The translations under genes and the position numbers were made by a program. From NCBI GenBank assembly GCA_963845535.1, contig CAWJSK010000012.1:800001-864000 (forward strand): a stretch of DNA of 64,000 nt. The letters are read 5' to 3'. Shown here in pieces: positions 26,435-34,576 of this stretch. This stretch comes from an uncultured Spirochaetota bacterium. GTDB taxonomy: Bacteria > Spirochaetota > Spirochaetia > SZUA-6 > Fen-1364. Within the stretch, counting starts at the first letter, position 1; each line of letters starts with the position of its first letter. Below the pieces are notes generated by a model. The model was not told the origin of the DNA, searched no databases, and saw only the letters and a list, made by a program, of their open reading frames with translations.

Positions 26435-27727
26435 ATGGAATCCACCGAGGAATTGGGTCAGGAGATCGCCAGCTTGTCGGCACATCTCGATGCGGCTACT
26501 CATCGTCTACTCGAATGCATCAGGCGCTTCGACGAGGCTTGCGGCTGGCACGAGCAGGGTGCCATTTCGTGCGCGCACTGGCTGACCTGGCGGGTCGGAT
26601 GGGACCCGGCCACCGCGCGAGAGAAGGTGCGGGTGGCGCGTGCACTGGGCAAGCTGCCCATGATCGACGAAGCGCTGCGTTCGGGCAGGCTGTCGTACGC
26701 CAAGGTGCGGGCGCTCACTCGAGTGGCGACTCTGGAGAACGAGCCGAAGCTCCTCGAATTGGCGCTCTTTGCAACCGGGGCTCAACTTGAGCGGCTGTGC
26801 CGGGGCTATCGGGCAGTAAATGAGGGTGAGAGGGCTCCAGCGCCGGAGGAGCGCTCGGTACGCCTACGGCAGTTGCCTGGGGGGATGGTCAAGTTGGAGT
26901 TGGTGCTTGAACCGGATGAGGCGGACTTGATCCTGCGGGCAGTGGACCGTGCCCGGGAGGTGCACGCCGAGCAGGCGACTCCGGCCGACTCCACCCTCCC
27001 AGCGCCGCCGGACCACCAGCCTGCCGAAGGTGGCGGCGTTTCCGCGGAAACGTGCTGGCCATCGCGGGCAGACGGCGCTGTGACCATCGCGGAGTCGTTC
27101 CTGGCAGGCCATCCAGTGACGGGAAACGGCGGGGAGCGGTTCCAGGTCATGGTTCATGTCGATCAGGAGGTCCTCGGCCCGGACGGCGCCTGGACGGCTA
27201 CCCTGGAGGATGGAAGTCGCGTTTCCGCGGAAACGCTGCGAAGGGTGGCATGCGATTGCGGCCTGGTGGCCGTCGGTCACGACGGGGAGGCGTTGAAAAT
27301 CGGCCGCCGTGCCCGTAGCATTCCACCTGCCATCCGCCGTGCGTTGATGCTGCGGGACCGCGGTTGCGCCTTCCCCGGTTGCACCTACACCAGATTCCTG
27401 CACGCTCACCACGTCGAGCACTGGCTCCACGGCGGGAAGACCAGCCTAGACAACCTTGTCATGCTCTGCACCTTCCACCATCACCTGGTGCACGAGGGTG
27501 GGTGGACGACAACTGTGGACGCGGACGGCGCCTGTGTTTTTCACTCGCCCCTCGGCATGCCACTCGCGTCGGTGCCGCCGCGGGAGCGCGTTGACAATGT
27601 CATGGTGTGGCTCCACGAATGGGCGGAGGAGAGGAACCTGGATCTCGGAGCGGAGGTCAACAGGCCGCTGGGGGACGGGAAGAAACCGAACTACGACCTG
27701 GCGGTGAGCGGGCTTCTGGCGGGGTGA
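26435..27727 (+). CDS. DUF222 (REP13E12-like) domain HNH endonuclease
   Basis: N-terminal SCAHWL.WRVG...AREKVRVARAL..LP; C-terminal RDRGCAFPGC..HAHHVEHW..GGKTSLDNLVMLC.FHH.LVH. Confidence 0.9.
   Translation: MESTEELGQEIASLSAHLDAATHRLLECIRRFDEACGWHEQGAISCAHWLTWRVGWDPATAREKVRVARALGKLPMIDEALRSGRLSYAKVRALTRVATLENEPKLLELALFATGAQLERLCRGYRAVNEGERAPAPEERSVRLRQLPGGMVKLELVLEPDEADLILRAVDRAREVHAEQATPADSTLPAPPDHQPAEGGGVSAETCWPSRADGAVTIAESFLAGHPVTGNGGERFQVMVHVDQEVLGPDGAWTATLEDGSRVSAETLRRVACDCGLVAVGHDGEALKIGRRARSIPPAIRRALMLRDRGCAFPGCTYTRFLHAHHVEHWLHGGKTSLDNLVMLCTFHHHLVHEGGWTTTVDADGACVFHSPLGMPLASVPPRERVDNVMVWLHEWAEERNLDLGAEVNRPLGDGKKPNYDLAVSGLLAG
27037..27236. repeat. Two copies of the perfect palindrome CGTTTCCGCGGAAACG (27037-27052 and 27220-27235) inside the HNH gene
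   Basis: Read directly; both in frame encoding VSAET; the second extends to 18 bp (27219-27236). Confidence 0.85.
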
Positions 27728-27853
27728 CACGACGGCGAACGGTTTGGCGGGGCATGATGCCTGTGCTTAACGGCCGCTGACTCGATCACGCATACTCGAG
27801 CCCGCAAAGTCGCGCAACGCAATCAACCCTAGCGAAGATAGCGAAGCTCTCGC

Positions 27854-28576
27854 TTAATGCAGCAATATCCTCACGTTGGTCACGATATCCGCGGGGGTTG
27901 CGTCTGCGTCCATTCCCACCCGGATGAATCCCCTCTTGTCCACAATCCAGAAAGGAGCTGAATGGCCGACGTCGTAACCGCCCCCGAATTGCTGAACAAT
28001 CTTGCCAACCAAGGTGAGGTCATCCGAGCTCAGACCCTGCGTCGGCGGCTTGTCCATCGCCATGGCGCCCTTATCTTCCTTCGGCGGCGCCACCGCGTCC
28101 GTTTCAGGATTCACAGTCACCCCGATTGCGTAGCTTGCCCAGACGGCCTGCACCGCCTTTGCGGGTCCTCCTACGAAGTGCCAGACATCGTTGAGTCCGA
28201 GCGCTTTGCTGTAAGGGAGCGTGACGGCCGGTACGTCGCGCTTGGGATCAGTGGTGACAGCCACAAAAACCACGCTTTTTGCATCAGGTCCAAGCTGCAG
28301 GGAGGCCTCTTTTACCTTCGCCGCAATGAAGGGACAAATGTCGGTGCAGTGGGTGTAGATGAAGCACATCACCACCACCTTGCCCTTCTGTTCCGCCATG
28401 TGGAACGGGAGGCCGTTCTGATCCGTGAGAGTAAAGTCGGCCGCGAGTTGCGGGTGTTGCACCATGTTGTTGACGAGCCCTGGGACTGGCTGTTCTTCCC
28501 CGCCGCCCATTGCAGAAGCTGGAATGATAACGCAACAGAGAAGAACTGACGCAATCAGGAACCGTATCGACTTCAT
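27854..28576 (-). CDS. SCO1/SenC family protein (paralog of 22145-22867)
   Basis: DFTLTDQNG, YTHCTDICP, TTDPKRD, YDVGHS; signal peptide. Confidence 0.9.
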   Translation of the reverse strand: MKSIRFLIASVLLCCVIIPASAMGGGEEQPVPGLVNNMVQHPQLAADFTLTDQNGLPFHMAEQKGKVVVMCFIYTHCTDICPFIAAKVKEASLQLGPDAKSVVFVAVTTDPKRDVPAVTLPYSKALGLNDVWHFVGGPAKAVQAVWASYAIGVTVNPETDAVAPPKEDKGAMAMDKPPTQGLSSDDLTLVGKIVQQFGGGYDVGHSAPFWIVDKRGFIRVGMDADATPADIVTNVRILLH

Positions 28577-28625
28577 CCTTTTCGCCTCCGTTCTTAGAAG
28601 ATAACGTTTACGAGGGACGGCAGGA

Positions 28626-28692
28626 AATGAGACGAAGTCTCATTGACAATTCCTCACCCGGCTACTATATTCCAGATGATACGTCGTATCAT
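28626..28692 (+). promoter_or_regulatory. Promoter TTGACA-N17-TATATT bracketed by two Fur/Zur-like palindromes (ATGAnAC-N3-GTnTCAT)
   Basis: AATGAGAC-GAA-GTCTCATT 28626-28644; -35 28643-28648; -10 28666-28671; ATGATACG-T-CGTATCAT 28676-28692. Confidence 0.8.
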
Positions 28693-28720
28693 TAGCAACT
28701 TCCCGGTAAGGAGGTAGCCT

Positions 28721-29623
28721 GTGCAAACGCACAAGCTTCGTGGCCCCCTGGTTGTTCTCATAACCGCCTTTCTCCTCGTTGTGGGCGCGGCGGTGCTGGA
28801 GGCGCAGCAGCGCGTCATCAAAGTCGTTGCCGCGGAAAACTTCTACGGCAACATCGTCAAGCAGATCGGAGGTGACGCGGTCAACGTAACCAGCGTCATG
28901 TCGGACCCGAACGTAGATCCCCACGAATACGAATCCAACGTGGAAGACGCGAAGGCAATCGCGGAAGCGGACCTTGTCATCGAAAACGGTGCCGGCTATG
29001 ACGATTGGATGGACAAGCTTCTCTCCGCGTCTCCCAACTCATCTCGGGTCGTGCTGAAGGGATTCGACCTCGCCGTGAAGAAGCTCCCTGAAAATGAGCA
29101 CGTGTGGTACAACGTCGACAACGTGCAGGCAATAGCATCCTCCGTTTCCCGAAACCTCCAGAAGCTTCTTCCCCAAAGCGCCGCCGTGTTCGCCAGGAAC
29201 GACCGCGTTTTCCAGGAATCCCTCGGGCCCATCCGGCAGAAAATGGCGCAGATAGCCGGCAAGTTCTCAGGAACTCCTATCGGCCTCACGGAGACCATCT
29301 TTCTCTATCAGTCGGTACCACTGGGGCTGAAAGTCCTCACCCCTTTTGAGTTCGAGAAGGCAATAGCGGAAGGAAATGATCCGCCCGCGGACACCGTCGT
29401 GGAAACGGAAAATCAGATCAGGAATGGGCAGGTCAAAATTCTGGTTTACAACGAACAAACGATTTCTCCCATAACCACCAAGGCGCAGGCGGACGCCAAG
29501 GCGGCCAATATTCCCATCGTCGGCGTCACGGAGACAATGCCTCCGGGGGAGACCTACCAGACTTGGATGCTGCGCCAGCTCGATGAGCTTCGCAGCGCGC
29601 TTATCAGCACCGCCGGCTCATGA
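28721..29623 (+). CDS. Zn/Mn ABC transporter substrate-binding protein (ZnuA family)
   Basis: VVAAENFYG, DPHEYE, NGAGYD.WM, NEHVWY, VTET; AAGGAGG RBS, GTG start. Confidence 0.92.
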   Translation: MQTHKLRGPLVVLITAFLLVVGAAVLEAQQRVIKVVAAENFYGNIVKQIGGDAVNVTSVMSDPNVDPHEYESNVEDAKAIAEADLVIENGAGYDDWMDKLLSASPNSSRVVLKGFDLAVKKLPENEHVWYNVDNVQAIASSVSRNLQKLLPQSAAVFARNDRVFQESLGPIRQKMAQIAGKFSGTPIGLTETIFLYQSVPLGLKVLTPFEFEKAIAEGNDPPADTVVETENQIRNGQVKILVYNEQTISPITTKAQADAKAANIPIVGVTETMPPGETYQTWMLRQLDELRSALISTAGS

Positions 29624-30417
29624 GCAGTCCAGCTTTGATGCCGGGGCCCTCGCCCCGGCCCGTCATTTCCGCGGAGGGGGTGCGCGTAGATCTCGGCGGG
29701 CGGACAATCCTGGCTGACGTGAGCTTCGCCGTCCGGGATGGGGAGCTTGTTGCCATCCTCGGCCCGAACGGGGCGGGAAAAAGCACGCTGTTGAAAGTGA
29801 TCCTTGGACTTGTGAAGACAGTGACGGGCCGGATCCTGGTGCTCGACCAGCCGGCGGGGAAAGCAAACGCGCGGATCGGCTACGTTCCCCAGTTCAGGGC
29901 CATTGAAGGGGAAACGACGCTGCGGGGCCGGGACGTCGTGCGCTTCGGCCTGGACGGAAACCGCTGGGGACCCGGTTGGCCCAGCCGCGCGAGGGAGAAA
30001 CGGATAGACGCGGTGCTGGATGAGGTGGACGGGCGGGAGCTCTCCAAGGCCGCCATGGGGGAGCTCTCCGGCGGAGAGAGGCAGCGGCTGCTCATTGCTC
30101 AGGCGCTCTTGAGCGAACCCCGTCTTCTGCTGCTCGACGAGCCGCTTGCAAGCCTGGACCTGGGAAGGGAGCAGGAGATCATTGCCCTCATCCGGCGTGT
30201 CTGTCTCTCACGAGGCGTCGCCGTGCTTTTTGTGACCCACGACATCAACCCCCTCCTGTCCGACATCGATAGGGTGCTGTATCTCGCCAACGGAAGGGGC
30301 GCAATAGGCCGGCCCGACCAGGTGATCACCCGCGAAACACTGAGCGATCTCTACGGCACGCCCGTGGAGGTTGTGAAAACCGGCGGCAGGGTTTTCGTGG
30401 TGGGCGCGCGGATATGA
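29620..30417 (+). CDS. Metal ABC transporter ATP-binding protein (ZnuC-like)
   Basis: GPNGAGKST, IGYVPQ, LSGGERQR, LLDEP, VTHD. Confidence 0.93.
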   Translation: MSSPALMPGPSPRPVISAEGVRVDLGGRTILADVSFAVRDGELVAILGPNGAGKSTLLKVILGLVKTVTGRILVLDQPAGKANARIGYVPQFRAIEGETTLRGRDVVRFGLDGNRWGPGWPSRAREKRIDAVLDEVDGRELSKAAMGELSGGERQRLLIAQALLSEPRLLLLDEPLASLDLGREQEIIALIRRVCLSRGVAVLFVTHDINPLLSDIDRVLYLANGRGAIGRPDQVITRETLSDLYGTPVEVVKTGGRVFVVGARI

Positions 30418-31259
30418 GCGCCGCGATAGCTCTCTTGCGCTACCCGTTCATCGTGAACGCGCTTGTCACGGGCTCCGCCGTGGCGGTGGCCGCCGCGGTA
30501 AGTGGGTACTTCATGGTCTGCCGTAGAGCCACTTTCGCGGGGCACGCCCTGCCGAACATCGGATTCGCCGGGGCGGCAGGAGCGGTTTTCCTGGGAATCG
30601 AGCCTGTGTACGGCCTCTTCGCAATCACGATCCTTGCGGCCATTGCAATGGGGCTGCTCGCCAGGGACCTGCGGGACAGGGACGTCACAGTCGGCGTAAT
30701 CATGACCCTCGCGCTGGGGCTGGGGTTCCTCTTCCTGGCCCTGTACTCAGGCTACGCGCAAAGAGTGTACGGCATTCTTTTCGGGAGCATCCTCGGAATC
30801 AGCGTCCAAGCCTCCCGCGTCACGGCGGTTGCGGCGGCGGCTTCGCTTGCAGTCCTCGCGTTTCTCTACCGCCCGCTTCTTTTCAGCACGTTCGATCCGG
30901 AGCTTGCCGTGGCCCGCGGCGTCCCCGTCTCCCTTCTCTCCGTCGTGTTTCTCGCGGTGCTCGCCCTGATAGCGTCGCTTGCCGTGCAGGTGATGGGGGC
31001 GCTTCTGCTGTTTACGCTTCTGGTCGGTCCGGCAGCCACCGCAACGAGGATCGTGAAGAGCCCGCTGGCGGCAATCGCCTTGTCGACGGCGCTCGGCCTC
31101 CTGTACGTCTGGCTGGGGATCATGGTCGCTGCCGCAAACGGAACCGTTCCGGTGAGCTTCTGCATCGCAACGATTTCCTTTGCCGTTTACGTGCCGGTCC
31201 GTCTTTTGGTTCGTCCCGGTAGTCGGCGGGCGCCGACCCAGGCAGGACAGCCTGCATGA
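30414..31259 (+). CDS. Metal ABC transporter permease (ZnuB-like)
   Basis: FAGHAL...GFAGA, ILFGSILG, RPLLFSTFDPELA.ARGVPV, PAATA. Confidence 0.92.
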   Translation: MSAAIALLRYPFIVNALVTGSAVAVAAAVSGYFMVCRRATFAGHALPNIGFAGAAGAVFLGIEPVYGLFAITILAAIAMGLLARDLRDRDVTVGVIMTLALGLGFLFLALYSGYAQRVYGILFGSILGISVQASRVTAVAAAASLAVLAFLYRPLLFSTFDPELAVARGVPVSLLSVVFLAVLALIASLAVQVMGALLLFTLLVGPAATATRIVKSPLAAIALSTALGLLYVWLGIMVAAANGTVPVSFCIATISFAVYVPVRLLVRPGSRRAPTQAGQPA

Positions 31260-32215
31260 CCATCCAACTTCTTGCCTCCGATGTATTTCGCAATGCGATG
31301 GTTTCCGGAACCATCGCTGCCGTCGTTGCGTCCCTGGTCGGGTACTTCGTCGTCCTCCGCACGCAGGCCTTTGCGGCGGAATCCCTCCTGGACGTTTCCT
31401 TTGCCGGCGCAACAGGCGCGGCGCTCTTTGGTCTTGCTCCTGTCCTGGGAGCCGCCGTCCTTGGCTTTGGCGCAGCCATGGGAATAGGAGCTCTGGGAGA
31501 GAAAGCCCGGGAGCGCGACGTCGAGATAGGGATGGTCGTTTCATTTGCACTCGGCCTGGGGATCTTCTTCCTGAGCCTCTATTCGCGCGGCAGCGCGTCC
31601 CACTCGAACGCCGGGATGGCCATCCTTTTCGGGTCCCTCCTCAGCGTGCAACCCCAGGACATCCTGCGCCTTTCCGTCATCGGGGCCGTGGCGCTTGCGG
31701 GACTTGCCGTAGTCTTCCGTCCGCTCCTTTTTGCCACGGTGGACCCTGAAGCAGCACGGGCCCGGGGGGTGCCGGTGCGCTTTCTCTCCACGGTCTTTCT
31801 TGTCATCCTGGCTTTGGCCGCCGCTGCCGGCGCCCTCGCGGTCGGAATCCTTCTGGCGACAGCGCTCCTGATTGCGCCTGCCGCGGCGGCAGTACGCCTG
31901 ACGCGGCGCCCATCGGCCACGCTCGCGCTCTCGGTGTGCCTCGGCGTGGGCATCATCTGGGGAGGCATCCTCATATCGTTCCTCTGGCCGGGGCGGCATC
32001 CGCCCGTGGGCTTCTCCGTCTCCGCTCTGGCGGCGGCAGTCTATTTCATTGCCGTTGCCGCAAACCGCAGAGTCTATGCACGCCGGGGGAAAACGATTAT
32101 CATCGGAGACAGCGTGGAAACAGCGCAATGGACATCGAGAAAAGAATCAACGAAGCGTTCGAGGAGCTCGGAGAAAGAAAAACCGGACCTCGGCGCGCCA
32201 TCGCACAAAACTTAG
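31256..32215 (+). CDS. Second metal ABC transporter permease (ZnuB-like)
   Basis: Paralog of the preceding permease (ILFGSLL, RPLLFATVDPE.A.ARGVPV); 3' end overlaps the fur-family gene by 88 nt. Confidence 0.88.
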   Translation: MTIQLLASDVFRNAMVSGTIAAVVASLVGYFVVLRTQAFAAESLLDVSFAGATGAALFGLAPVLGAAVLGFGAAMGIGALGEKARERDVEIGMVVSFALGLGIFFLSLYSRGSASHSNAGMAILFGSLLSVQPQDILRLSVIGAVALAGLAVVFRPLLFATVDPEAARARGVPVRFLSTVFLVILALAAAAGALAVGILLATALLIAPAAAAVRLTRRPSATLALSVCLGVGIIWGGILISFLWPGRHPPVGFSVSALAAAVYFIAVAANRRVYARRGKTIIIGDSVETAQWTSRKESTKRSRSSEKEKPDLGAPSHKT

Positions 32216-32562
32216 TTCGCCTCGGGCATGCCGGCTCGGCGTTCTCGGCGGATGAGCTGCTGCAGAAGCTGCATCGCACGAACCCGCGCATTGGAAGAGC
32301 CACCGTCTACCGCTCCATCGACAAGCTTGTGCGGATGAAAGTGCTGGACCGGATAGAGTTCGCGGACGGCACCCATTCGTTCCGCCTTTGCGAAAGCGAC
32401 CATCACCATCATCACCTGGCCTGCACCAAGTGCCATCGCGTCATTGAGCTGGACTTCTGCCTGGAGTCCGCCATGATCGCGGCAATCGGCAGGAAGGAAA
32501 GCTTCGAGATCGCTGACCACTCCATAACGCTTTTCGGTCTTTGCAAAGAGTGCCGACACTAA
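32128..32562 (+). CDS. Fur family transcriptional repressor (probably Zur)
   Basis: IGRATVYR HTH, HHHHHLACTKC, C-terminal GLCKEC; last gene of the metal ABC cluster. Confidence 0.92.
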   Translation: MDIEKRINEAFEELGERKTGPRRAIAQNLVRLGHAGSAFSADELLQKLHRTNPRIGRATVYRSIDKLVRMKVLDRIEFADGTHSFRLCESDHHHHHLACTKCHRVIELDFCLESAMIAAIGRKESFEIADHSITLFGLCKECRH

Positions 32563-32564
32563 GA

Positions 32565-33359
32565 ATGATGCGTACCCTTCCAGCCCTTCTGATATGCCTC
32601 CTTCTGCCGGTCATGGCGGAAGCAGGAACCTGGATCACCCCCCAGTTCTCCCTTTCCCTGGACGACCTTCGGACAATGAGCGCCGACATGCCGGCGGACG
32701 TCCGTGACGGCATCCTGGCGCGGCCCTCCGCCTTCCTGGAGCTCATGGCGCGGGTGCTTGATCAACCGGCGGACCTTCTTGTCCTCGTGGACAAACAGCA
32801 CGCGCTCGGGGCGGACTATGTTCCCCCGGATCTCGTCCCGCTTTCGGACTACGCGCTTCGGACCACGTGGCCCAACCTCATGCTCCGCAAGTCCATCATG
32901 CCGGAGGTGCTCCAGATGGTGCGCGCCGCGCGCGCGGATGGTGTGACCATCACCTTCTCCTCCACGTATCGCTCCTACAGGTACCAGGACGGGCTCTTCG
33001 CGCGGGAAGTGAAGATGTACGGCAGGGAGATGGCGGAACGGGAGTCCGCGCATCCCGGACTCTCCCAGCACCAGCTGGGAACGGCAATCGATTTCGGGAC
33101 GATCAGCGACGGCTATGAAAAGACCAGGGAAGGCCGGTGGGTGACGGCGCATGCATGGGAGTACGGCTTCACCCTTTCCTACCCCGTCAACTACGAGCAG
33201 GTCACCGGATACCGTTATGAGAGCTGGCATTACCGCTACATCACAAGGCCGGGTGCTCTGATGCAGCGGGAGTTCTTTTCCAATATCCAGCAGTATTTAC
33301 TGGAGTTCCTCCACGACAACCGCGCCATGCTCGAGCAGATGCGGCTCACGCGGGGGTGA
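32565..33359 (+). CDS. M15B (VanY-like) D-Ala-D-Ala carboxypeptidase
   Basis: YVPPDLV, STYRSY..Q, PGLSQHQLGTAID (SxHxxGxAxD), YESWHYRY. Confidence 0.92.
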   Translation: MMRTLPALLICLLLPVMAEAGTWITPQFSLSLDDLRTMSADMPADVRDGILARPSAFLELMARVLDQPADLLVLVDKQHALGADYVPPDLVPLSDYALRTTWPNLMLRKSIMPEVLQMVRAARADGVTITFSSTYRSYRYQDGLFAREVKMYGREMAERESAHPGLSQHQLGTAIDFGTISDGYEKTREGRWVTAHAWEYGFTLSYPVNYEQVTGYRYESWHYRYITRPGALMQREFFSNIQQYLLEFLHDNRAMLEQMRLTRG

Positions 33360-33619
33360 GCGGAATGAGAGAGCAAAGCGCCAGACTGCCGCTGAAAAAC
33401 GAAGCCGAGGCCTCGCTCCTCCACGGGATCCTCGAAGAGGACGGCGTTCCGCACCTCATCCGCTCCTACCATGACCGCGCGTACGACGGGCTCTGGCAGA
33501 TGCAGGAGGGGTGGGGCTACGTGGAAACGTCCGAGCGCTTTGCCGGCGGCGTGAAGACGCTCCTCGAGGTGCTCCGCAAGAACCAACCTTCCTCAGAGCT
33601 GGGCAAGGAAGAAGACTAG
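33356..33619 (+). CDS. Small conserved protein (DUF2007-like)
   Basis: NEAEA.LL.GILEEDGVPH.IRSYHD.AYDGLWQ...GWG pattern; coupled to the M15 gene. Confidence 0.7.
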   Translation: MSGMREQSARLPLKNEAEASLLHGILEEDGVPHLIRSYHDRAYDGLWQMQEGWGYVETSERFAGGVKTLLEVLRKNQPSSELGKEED

Positions 33620-34576
33620 CCCGAACAGAAAGAGTATTGCCGCCCCGGCAATCTCGATGACCCGGCGAAACCTCGCGTCACGCTTTTCGTGAGCGCCCGC
33701 CACGGCGCGGAGAGCGCCCCTCTTCACGAGAATCACAACTGCTCCCGTCGCGCTGATCGTCGTGCCCATTCCAACCGAGATGGATGACACCGCCAGGATG
33801 CTCACGGCAAGCATGTGAAGCGAAAGCGCGAACAGGACAACGGCCACGGCGCCCGGGCAGGGGATCACACCGGCGGGCAGCGCAATCCCCAGGAGGTTCC
33901 TCAGGCTGAGCCCGTGCGGCTGGTCCCCGGCGCCGTGCTCATGGGCCTCGGCGCCGTGCTCGTGGGCCTCGATGCCGTCCACGTGCGCCCCGTGATGATG
34001 CGTCGCCGCGCCGTGATGATGGTGCCCCTTCCCCGCGGCTCGCCTGACCAGCATGACCGCCCCGATTACCGTGATGACGGCGAACGTGACGAGCTGGATC
34101 CAGTAGTTTGCCTGCTCGACCCCCGTGGCGAAGATGCCGCGGATCACGTAATAGAGCACAAGAACAACGGTGAGGGCCGAGAGGGCATGCACGGCCGCCA
34201 CGAGATAGCCAATGATGAAGCTCTCGCGGATCTTTCCTTCGTTGGCAAGGAGGAACGAGGAAACGATGGTCTTGCCGTGCCCTGGGCCGGCCGCATGAAA
34301 GATGCCGTACGCCAGGGCCAGGGCGGCCACGAGAAGGAGGCCGCCCAGTGAGCGTGAGCCCTTGAGAGCGCGCGTCATGCTCGCCAGGCTCTCATTGAGC
34401 ATCTTCTGCACCGGCGCCATGACGCTGAAAATGAAGGCAGAGGTGCCCGACGTGATGGTCGTGAAGACGCCGGTGCGGGGCCGCGTGTTCTGGGACGTGA
34501 AGGGGTTGGGGGCTTCCTGCGCAAAGCACAGAGGGGAAGCCAGGACGAGCGCAAGTATAAGCACAGAACGCTTCAT
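33593..34576 (-). CDS. RcnA/NicO-family nickel/cobalt transporter with His-rich loop
   Basis: YGIFHAAGPGHGK, His-rich loop with tandem EAHEHGA, GVIPCPGA. Confidence 0.9.
   Translation of the reverse strand: MKRSVLILALVLASPLCFAQEAPNPFTSQNTRPRTGVFTTITSGTSAFIFSVMAPVQKMLNESLASMTRALKGSRSLGGLLLVAALALAYGIFHAAGPGHGKTIVSSFLLANEGKIRESFIIGYLVAAVHALSALTVVLVLYYVIRGIFATGVEQANYWIQLVTFAVITVIGAVMLVRRAAGKGHHHHGAATHHHGAHVDGIEAHEHGAEAHEHGAGDQPHGLSLRNLLGIALPAGVIPCPGAVAVVLFALSLHMLAVSILAVSSISVGMGTTISATGAVVILVKRGALRAVAGAHEKRDARFRRVIEIAGAAILFLFGLVFFLAQL

Noticed and set aside
27037..27236. True chromosomal parS sites or origin proximity
   Set aside because: The central bases (CGCG) differ from canonical parS (ACGT), and no parAB, dnaA or other origin genes are in the window.
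32565..33359. Vancomycin resistance locus (VanY-like gene)
   Set aside because: No vanHAX or vanRS nearby; M15B carboxypeptidases are common housekeeping enzymes.
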